In this document: piece by piece, positions 9,714 to 15,885 of the stretch
Numbering within the stretch: the stretch's first letter is position 1
Layout: every line of letters starts with the position of its first letter
Position numbers and translations under genes: made by a program
Notes under the pieces: generated by a model
Told to the model about the DNA's origin: nothing
Databases searched by the model: none
Seen by the model: the letters and a program-made list of their open reading frames with translations, nothing else
Assembly: GCA_038207085.1 (NCBI GenBank)
Contig: JBBRAE010000041.1
Coordinates: forward strand, 1-23,405
Origin: Armatimonadota bacterium
GTDB lineage: Bacteria; Armatimonadota; UBA5829; DTLH01
Reading direction: 5' to 3'
DNA: 23,405 nt

Positions 9714-11226
9714 TGGTGTAATCCATATGCCGCAACAGGTCCGTGCGGCCCGAAAGCTCCTTCACGCTCTTTAGGCCCAGCCGAACGAGCAAATCGACCA
9801 GCTGCTCATGCCACGCAAAGTAAAGATTTGTGAGCCTCTGCGTGACCCACTCTATCTGCATCTTGTCCACAAGCTCAAGGTCCGTCGTCGCGATCCCGCG
9901 CGCGCATCCCCTGCCCGACTCGCAACGCCTGCAGCGTATGCACCCCGTCGCGACCATCTCGCTTGTGCCGATCACAACCCCGTCGGCCCCAAGTGCGATC
10001 GCCTTGGCAATATCTGTCGCCGTCCTGATGCCGCCCGAAACGATCAACGTCACGTGCTCCCTGATCCCCTCGTCTTTCAGGAACTGGTCGACCTTGGAGA
10101 TACCATATTCAATCGGCGTCGCGATGTTCTTCTTCGCGATATCCGGGGCAGCGCCCGTCCCGCCGTAGCTTCCGTCGAGGTGCACGATGTGCGCTCCCGC
10201 GTAGAAGCTCCCGACCGCCACCATATCAACGTCCGCCGGGGTCGAAACCTTGGCCGAAACAAGCGCCGTTCGGTTGATGTGCTTGATCCAGTCGATGTGT
10301 TTTTTATGGTCTTCGATCGAATACACGCTATGGAACGGGAACGGCGAGAAGAGCGGCGTCCCCGGAGTCGCTTCGCGCATCGCTGCAACCGACGGTGTGT
10401 TCTTGTCGCCCATCAGGTGGCCGCCAAGCCCCGGTTTCGCGCCCTGCGCGTATTTGAACTCGACGATCCGCGCGCGCATAATCGTCTCTTCTCTTATGCC
10501 GAAAAGCCCCGTCGCAACCTGCGTTATGACGTGGTCTTTATAGGGCACAAGCCGCTCGATATAGCCGCCCTCGCCGGTGTTGGTAAACGAGTTCCACGCC
10601 TTGAACGCCCGGGCGCGCCCGACAATCAGGTGCGGGCTCACCGACCCAAAGCTCATCCCGCCGCCATACCACGGGACATCTATCACCACGCTGGGTCTGT
10701 CATCCCCGCGCCGATTGAGCTCAAGGTGCGTATCGACCTCGCTTGGGTCCACCTTCTCGGGGTTCTCAGGAAATACAAAGTAAAGCTTATCAAACCCGCC
10801 GCCGGAGTTTCCGACCTGGCTTTCAAGGTCGCCTACCGGAGGCTTTCCGGTTTCGGCCATCTGCCATGTCGAGAGAATCAGGTCCGCAGTCCAACGATAG
10901 TCGCCCATCGACTCATACATCGGGTTCAGCTTGACCGAAAGCGCCTTGGCGGGACATGCGTCCACGCAGAAGTTGCCTTCGGCTTTGCAGCGCTCAGCGC
11001 CGATGCACTTATAGTCGATCGGTCTCACGGGGTCGCGATAGCCCTCGGGCCTCGCGTGCACTTCGTACGGGCAGACCGTCTCGCACTTGCCGCAGTTTGT
11101 GCACGCGTTCGAGCGGCTTACCCGCCACTTGCCGATCGCGTTGCGGTATCTGTCCGGGCAGTGTTTTGCCTTTCGCTCGACCTCGGGGTCGATCCCCAGT
11201 TCAACAACTCGTGTGTCAAGAGCCAT
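9706..11226 (-). CDS. Glutamate synthase FMN-binding subunit (GltB domain 2) with N-terminal ferredoxin
   Basis: Start re-called to ATG 11226 (MALDTRV, GGAGG upstream). Motifs CTNCGKCETVCP, GGMSFGS, TGEGG, QVATG, KYAQGAKPGLGGHL, DGSYGGTGAAP, SGGIR, ALGAD and CIRCRRCESGRGC. Confidence 0.9.
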   Translation of the reverse strand: MALDTRVVELGIDPEVERKAKHCPDRYRNAIGKWRVSRSNACTNCGKCETVCPYEVHARPEGYRDPVRPIDYKCIGAERCKAEGNFCVDACPAKALSVKLNPMYESMGDYRWTADLILSTWQMAETGKPPVGDLESQVGNSGGGFDKLYFVFPENPEKVDPSEVDTHLELNRRGDDRPSVVIDVPWYGGGMSFGSVSPHLIVGRARAFKAWNSFTNTGEGGYIERLVPYKDHVITQVATGLFGIREETIMRARIVEFKYAQGAKPGLGGHLMGDKNTPSVAAMREATPGTPLFSPFPFHSVYSIEDHKKHIDWIKHINRTALVSAKVSTPADVDMVAVGSFYAGAHIVHLDGSYGGTGAAPDIAKKNIATPIEYGISKVDQFLKDEGIREHVTLIVSGGIRTATDIAKAIALGADGVVIGTSEMVATGCIRCRRCESGRGCARGIATTDLELVDKMQIEWVTQRLTNLYFAWHEQLVDLLVRLGLKSVKELSGRTDLLRHMDYTND

Positions 11227-12622
11227 TACTACCATCCTCCGAGCGTCGCTTGCCAAACAGCCTGCCGAACGTTTCTCGCTCAAGATCTTCAAAGAACATA
11301 GCCCGGCCCACTTCACCACGAAGCCGCCGAACCTCGCGAATACCCATCGCGCCGAGCACTTCAAGGAGCTGCGAATGCCACGCGCCCATCAAGTTGACGA
11401 TCCGCTGTGTCGCATACTCCGAATCGCGCTCACCAATACCCTCGGGGCAGACGATCCCACGCCGGCACTTGCCGCAAAGCCTGCACTCAAGCGCCACCAT
11501 CAGCGGCAGGTCGATCGCGATCACGTCCGCGCCGCAGATAATAGCCTTCGCCAGGTGCTCCGCGAGTGCAATCCCGCCGCTTGCGATGATCGTAACCTCG
11601 TCGCGGCAGTTGTTTTCGATAAGCCTGAGGTGAACGTCGCGCAAAACGTCTTTGATGTGCCTGGGGTTAGGCCCGTGCTCGCGCCCTTCGGAGTCGCAGG
11701 CGATGTGGATCACCTCCGCGCCCTCTTTGGCAAGCTTGACGGCCCTGCCTGCAGAGTTCGCCCCGGCCTGGACGCGAATCGCGCAGATAACATCGCGGTT
11801 AACCGACTTCGCCCGCGCAATATGCTCAAATACGTCTTCAGAGTCGCTGAACTCGACAATCGTCGAACCCTTAAGCCACTCCTCGGGCATCTCCGCTCCG
11901 TGGAAGAACGGCGCGACCGACGGCATGTGCGCCGCGATCTCAGGGGTCATATTCTGCGGGTCAAAGAGCGCGACCGTCCCAAGCTCGCGGGCGGCGTGAG
12001 CGATCGCCCGGCGGTTGCCAAGCGACGGCTTGTGCCAAGTCATCGTGTCGAAAATCACAGGGATCGGAAGCGTAAGCATCGGCGGCGGCTCAACTGCGAG
12101 GTTCATCCCGCTAAACGCCAGCCTCCCGAGCTTTCGACCGATATCGACCGATGTGCTGATATACTCGCGCCCGTGGATCCCGTCGCGAGTAGGCCGCACG
12201 ATCTCGGACATGTCGGTCCACATCGAGTCAAACCCAGGCCCCGAAAACGGCCCCGGATACCCTGCGCCTGAGACCGGAACCTTGCCTGTCTCGGCCTGGA
12301 ACCAGGTCGTCGCGATGATATCGGGCTTCCAGTAGTCGTTCCCCATACGAACGAACTGCGGGTTGACGCGCCGGGTGAGAAGTCCCTTGGTGCAGCTCTG
12401 CACGCATGAGAGGCAGCTTCGGCAGTCGTAGAGATAATCGACATAGTCCGTGGTCTCACGGATCTCCCGGTCTTCTTTTGCGTAAACGTCAAAGATGCAC
12501 TCGCGCTTGACGCAGTTGCGGCAGGAGGAACAGTCCTCCCGCCAGTCGATGATCCCGTATTTTCCCACCGGCCTCTTGATAGGCGGCGTAGCTTTTACAT
12601 GAACATGATATTTTGCAGGCAT
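11216..12622 (-). CDS. Divergent glutamate synthase FMN-barrel-like paralogue with N-terminal ferredoxin
   Basis: Has CSSCRNCVKREC, CRSCLSCVQSC, GPGFDSMW, ASGGI, AIICGAD and CRLCGKCRRGIVCP. Lacks the GMSxG, TGEGG and QGAKPGxGG motifs. Confidence 0.82.
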   Translation of the reverse strand: MPAKYHVHVKATPPIKRPVGKYGIIDWREDCSSCRNCVKRECIFDVYAKEDREIRETTDYVDYLYDCRSCLSCVQSCTKGLLTRRVNPQFVRMGNDYWKPDIIATTWFQAETGKVPVSGAGYPGPFSGPGFDSMWTDMSEIVRPTRDGIHGREYISTSVDIGRKLGRLAFSGMNLAVEPPPMLTLPIPVIFDTMTWHKPSLGNRRAIAHAARELGTVALFDPQNMTPEIAAHMPSVAPFFHGAEMPEEWLKGSTIVEFSDSEDVFEHIARAKSVNRDVICAIRVQAGANSAGRAVKLAKEGAEVIHIACDSEGREHGPNPRHIKDVLRDVHLRLIENNCRDEVTIIASGGIALAEHLAKAIICGADVIAIDLPLMVALECRLCGKCRRGIVCPEGIGERDSEYATQRIVNLMGAWHSQLLEVLGAMGIREVRRLRGEVGRAMFFEDLERETFGRLFGKRRSEDGSNGS

Positions 12623-12747
12623 TTTATTAGCTCTCAGCTCACACTCTGTCGGTTATTGTTGGTTGTTGGTCGGAGGAATCTGTCCCCCGGCCCCGTTCCG
12701 CGGATTCTATCCGCCAACCCAGTAATCGACTATCGCCAATAAGTGAA

Positions 12748-12880
12748 GATCGTGCGCGATATTTATCGCGCACGCAAAGAACAGCGAGGGAGCTTGGCTC
12801 CCGGTGAATGGGCTATAGTCGACTCACCGGACTTAAGTCCTCATGCTTCTTTGCATTCGGGAGCAATCTCCCGAAGGATC
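12748..12880. repeat. 133-bp GATC-bounded REP-doublet/MITE-like element, copy A
   Basis: Terminal hairpins cgtgcgcgata-tt-tatcgcgcacg and ttcgggag-caat-ctcccgaa, each flanked by GATC and by GCAAAGAA. Its reverse complement matches 14757-14889 at 106/133 positions (ungapped, hand count). Confidence 0.88.
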
Positions 12881-12894
12881 TTCAATGTTCAATA

Positions 12895-12925
12895 TGCTTC
12901 GGGACAGCTTTTTCATCCCGAAGCA
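12895..12925 (-). terminator. Hairpin downstream of the metF-like gene; possible weak terminator or processing site
   Basis: tgcttcggga-N11-tcccgaagca, a 10-bp stem. No real U-tract follows. Confidence 0.3.
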
Positions 12926-12962
12926 CACCTCCCAGCAAGAGACCCAGTCTCCACTTTACACT

Positions 12963-13799
12963 CTAAAGCTTAATTCCAGCCGAATCCAGCACCCGCGCGG
13001 TGCGGCCTTCACCAGCGTCGTAGATATGGATGCCACGCACGCCGTCGATCTTCTGAACGGCCTTTATGACCTCGACCGCATAGTCAAGGCTCACCTTCTC
13101 GACGACCGAATCGGGGATACTGACCCCGCGATACTTCTCACGAGTCTCAAGCGCCTCGTCTTTGCCCTCAATCGGCAGGATTCCGGCGATGATGTGTATC
13201 TTCTTATCAAGCCCGCGCTCGCGAACAAGCTTCATCCACGCCTCGAACTTCTCAAGGTCGAAGACAGGTGAGGTGATAACAAACCTCGCGCCCGAAGCCG
13301 CAACCTTCTCAAGCACGATCACCTGAAGCTCTATGGGGTCCGAAAACGGGTTGGTAGTCGTCCCCGTGACAAGCTCAGTCCCGTGGTTCAAGTTGTGCGC
13401 GAGCCCCAGAAGCTGGATCGGGTCAAGGTCAAAGACCCCCCGAGACGACCGAGTCTTCTCGTCAAGCGACTGATGGTTCCCCGGCGCGCAGATCACGTTG
13501 TTGATCCCAAGCGACGCCGCGCCGACGAGCATGGACTGAAGCGCCGTGCGGTTCATATCCCGGGTAGTAAGCTCAAGCACCGGCTCGATCCCCGCTTTGG
13601 CGAGGTGAACCCCAGCCGCAAGGCCCGACATCCGAGCGCCTTCGCAGTCCGAAACTACCGCCGCGTGGATCTTCCCAGAAAGGCTTTCCGCTGCTCTGGC
13701 AAGCGCGCCTAGGTCAGCGGCTTCCGGCGGAACAATCCCAGCGGTCACAACAAACCCACCGGCTTCAATAACACTTGCTATTTTGGAGGAAATGGACAT
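12963..13799 (-). CDS. MetF-like flavoprotein (methylene-THF reductase family), divergent
   Basis: FVVTAGIVPP, RMSGLAA, EPVLELTTRDMNRTALQS, GVFDLDPIQLL, KVASGARFVITSPVFD, AGILP and GIHI. Several catalytic positions are substituted. Confidence 0.82.
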   Translation of the reverse strand: MSISSKIASVIEAGGFVVTAGIVPPEAADLGALARAAESLSGKIHAAVVSDCEGARMSGLAAGVHLAKAGIEPVLELTTRDMNRTALQSMLVGAASLGINNVICAPGNHQSLDEKTRSSRGVFDLDPIQLLGLAHNLNHGTELVTGTTTNPFSDPIELQVIVLEKVAASGARFVITSPVFDLEKFEAWMKLVRERGLDKKIHIIAGILPIEGKDEALETREKYRGVSIPDSVVEKVSLDYAVEVIKAVQKIDGVRGIHIYDAGEGRTARVLDSAGIKL

Positions 13800-13813
13800 T
13801 TTGGCTCCACCGT

Positions 13814-14242
13814 TTACAATAGATTAAGGGCACTTCGCCCGAGGGATCTGATCTTTGTGAGTGCCTGCTCGATGGATTTCTCCATCGCTTCAGTGCTTGC
13901 TTCGGGTAGGACGATTTCGATGCGGTCGCCGCCGATTCCAATCTCGTCGAGCACGCCTCGCACATAGCCCGAACGCCTCCCGGCCCGGAGGTTTCCTTCG
14001 GCCATCTTGCACTCGCCAGCAGGACAACCGACGATCACCACGCCGTCCGCGCCGCCTTCAAATGCTTTGAAGAGCCGATGGGGGTCAATCTTGCCTGCGC
14101 ACGGGACGATTTCATAGGTCACACCATCGGCTTCGACATAGTCGAGGGCCGCCCCCGATCCCGCACTCTGGCAGGCATAGAGATAAATGCTGGTTCGGGT
14201 GCTTGCGCCGCCATGCCCAACAACATCGCGCTCAGCTTTCAT
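13814..14242 (-). CDS. MvhD-like [2Fe-2S] protein, divergent second copy
   Basis: VPCAGKID, KAFEGGADGVVIVGCPAGECKMAEGNLRA and LDEIGIGGDRI. AGGAGG Shine-Dalgarno at 14251-14256. Confidence 0.85.
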   Translation of the reverse strand: MKAERDVVGHGGASTRTSIYLYACQSAGSGAALDYVEADGVTYEIVPCAGKIDPHRLFKAFEGGADGVVIVGCPAGECKMAEGNLRAGRRSGYVRGVLDEIGIGGDRIEIVLPEASTEAMEKSIEQALTKIRSLGRSALNLL

Positions 14243-14258
14243 AGATTGATCCTCCTAA

Positions 14259-14378
14259 GTAAATGGCGTATTCTGCCATTTACATTCCCATCGTGACGAG
14301 GCCGACAGCAGCGCGCAGTTTGCGCTGTGAAAGGCCTCAGGCACGATTCCCAAGTAAATGGCGCTTTTTGCCATTTAC
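14259..14378. repeat. Two copies of the palindrome GTAAATGGC-N7-GCCATTTAC enclosing a nested hairpin
   Basis: Copies at 14259-14283 and 14354-14378. Between them: cgtg..gaggcc..cagcgc / gcgctg..ggcctc..cacg. Confidence 0.8.
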
Positions 14379-14394
14379 GTTCACGTAAAAACAC

Positions 14395-14436
14395 AAAAAA
14401 GGCGCTTTCCACCGAACTGATTCGATGGAAAGCGCC
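14395..14436 (-). terminator. Intrinsic terminator (attenuator) in the operon leader
   Basis: mRNA reads GGCGCUUUCCAUCGAA-UCAG-UUCGGUGGAAAGCGCC-UUUUUU: a 16-bp stem with one G-U pair, then U6. It lies between the promoter and the first gene. Confidence 0.88.
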
Positions 14437-14504
14437 TCAATAGCAGACGTGTCAACAGGCGCTTCGCCACGAACCATAACAGTTCGGAGCTGACGCCTTC
14501 GTCA
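14412..14504 (-). promoter_or_regulatory. Putative antiterminator / RNA switch
   Basis: The mRNA segment from 14487-14457 is complementary to the terminator 5' arm and loop (14437-14412). An upstream hairpin UGAC-GAAGGC-GUCA lies at 14491-14504. Confidence 0.6.
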
Positions 14505-14622
14505 TTGAACCAAGAACATACCCGGTTCTGCCGCAGGACCCACACTGGCCGCTGCGACACAAAATCTGAATACTACCCTGTACTCATCAGCCAACGACTA
14601 TTCAGCCGCCAGCCTCTTTAGC

Positions 14623-14651
14623 AATATAACTCTACAGCGCTATATTGTCAA
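14623..14651 (-). promoter_or_regulatory. Sigma70-type promoter for the redox cluster
   Basis: TTGACA-N17-TATATT on the minus strand. Confidence 0.75.
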
Positions 14652-14756
14652 TGGGAAACAAGCCTGAAACACCGAAATAGTGTAACTATCGCTTATTCTT
14701 GACGCAATCAATCTGTAACAGTGCAGCTACCGTCCACGTGTTCCACTGCCTGCCAC

Positions 14757-14889
14757 GATCGTTCGGGAGATTGCTCCCGAACGCAAAGAACATTGAGGAC
14801 TTTAGTCCGGGGCATCGACTATAGCCGACAGAGCGGTAGCTAAGCTCCCTCGTTTTCTGTTTCGCACGCTATAAATATCGCTCGCGATC
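14757..14889. repeat. 133-bp GATC-bounded element, copy B (inverted relative to copy A), overlapping the peptidase 3' end
   Basis: About 80% identical to the reverse complement of 12748-12880. Perfect hairpin cgttcgggag-attg-ctcccgaacg. Confidence 0.88.
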
Positions 14890-15743
14890 ATCTGCCTGCA
14901 CCCCTCCCCCGCAAGGTACCGCGCAGCCGTCATAACCGACACCGTGTGCAGCCGAACCCGCTCCTCCATCGCATATTTGCGGCGTCCCGACTGTCGGCTC
15001 TCAAGAAGCAGAGCAGGTGTAGCCCGCCTTGACGGCAGATACCTGTGGGCGAGTTTTGCGTTGCTTCCCGAGGCACTTGTCGCGTGCCTCGGGGCAAGCC
15101 CCGCGCTTCGGAGTTTCGAGATGATCAGATGCTGCAGCTCAATGTTGTATGAGCACACCGGCCCCGGAGCGCCGCTTGATATAGCCTCAACAAAGTCCCG
15201 CCGCCCGTCGCACCGATCAAGCTCGTGGGCGTCTATGACAATGCTCGGGCTCCATGCCTTGATCGCCCGGATGACGGCGCGGGTCTCGGGCTGTCGCTGC
15301 AGGGTCCAGTCGCGGTTGAGATCGGCGTTGTTGGCGTTTCGCCGCTTATCGCGGCGCGCGCCGTCCGGGTTCATCATCGGCACGATCACAAACGTCACGC
15401 GCTTCAAAATACGCAAATCGTCCGCGCTTGGGCTTGCGAAGTATTTACGAATGAGTCCAATCATCGCTTCGGTAGGCGCAGGCTCATCTCCGTGCTGTCG
15501 GCAGATGACAAATATCCGGCGAGTCTCCTCGACCGGCACGTCGGGGTCACGAATAACGACGAGTGGTATCTGCTGCCCGGTCACCGACTCCCCCACCGAC
15601 ACAACCGACACCCTACCCGAGCCGACCAACCCGTCAAGCACCCCAACCTCAGATAGCAGTCGAAGCACTTGAGCCCTGCTTGTTACAGCCGACAAAGGGC
15701 TCGCGGCGAAGAGAAACGCCGCGGCTACAGTGATCCACTTCAC
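14802..15743 (-). CDS. Secreted M14-family zinc carboxypeptidase-like protein
   Basis: Signal-peptide-like N-terminus. Motifs QHGDE (HxxE), MNPDG, RRNANNADLNRD, DAHE and LLES. GTG start with GGAGG upstream. Confidence 0.85.
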   Translation of the reverse strand: MKWITVAAAFLFAASPLSAVTSRAQVLRLLSEVGVLDGLVGSGRVSVVSVGESVTGQQIPLVVIRDPDVPVEETRRIFVICRQHGDEPAPTEAMIGLIRKYFASPSADDLRILKRVTFVIVPMMNPDGARRDKRRNANNADLNRDWTLQRQPETRAVIRAIKAWSPSIVIDAHELDRCDGRRDFVEAISSGAPGPVCSYNIELQHLIISKLRSAGLAPRHATSASGSNAKLAHRYLPSRRATPALLLESRQSGRRKYAMEERVRLHTVSVMTAARYLAGEGCRQMIASDIYSVRNRKRGSLATALSAIVDAPD

Positions 15744-15841
15744 ACCATCCTCCCGCTTGCCGGCACCGAGATTTGGTGTAGCTTACCAAACGTCGCCGCG
15801 AGGCAAACATCGCCCCTGGCGAGAAAACCGCGTTTCTCCGC

Positions 15842-15870
15842 TTGACCGTCAGGGCAAGGAGGGGTAAAAT
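15842..15870 (+). promoter_or_regulatory. Sigma70-type promoter for dxs
   Basis: TTGACC-N17-TAAAAT, ending 15 nt before the ATG. Confidence 0.6.
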
Positions 15871-15885
15871 GAAGGGGTTACAATT

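Noticed and set aside
9808..12271. Long plus-strand ORFs (497 aa, 394 aa), and similar ones at 1462-2472, 4393-5436 and 8943-9701
   Set aside because: They are antisense shadows of well-supported high-GC genes and have no recognisable motifs.
12743..13271. Plus-strand ORFs of 76 aa and 142 aa
   Set aside because: The first is a translation of the repeat element and the second is mostly antisense to the metF-like gene.
14395..14620. SAM-I, ZTP, THF or T-box riboswitch in the leader
   Set aside because: I could not find their conserved cores by eye. An Rfam search is needed to exclude them formally.
12748..14889. Invertible segment or composite transposon bounded by the inverted 133-bp copies
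   Set aside because: The copies are only about 80% identical, no recombinase is nearby, and one copy is within a coding region. Independent insertions are the simpler explanation.
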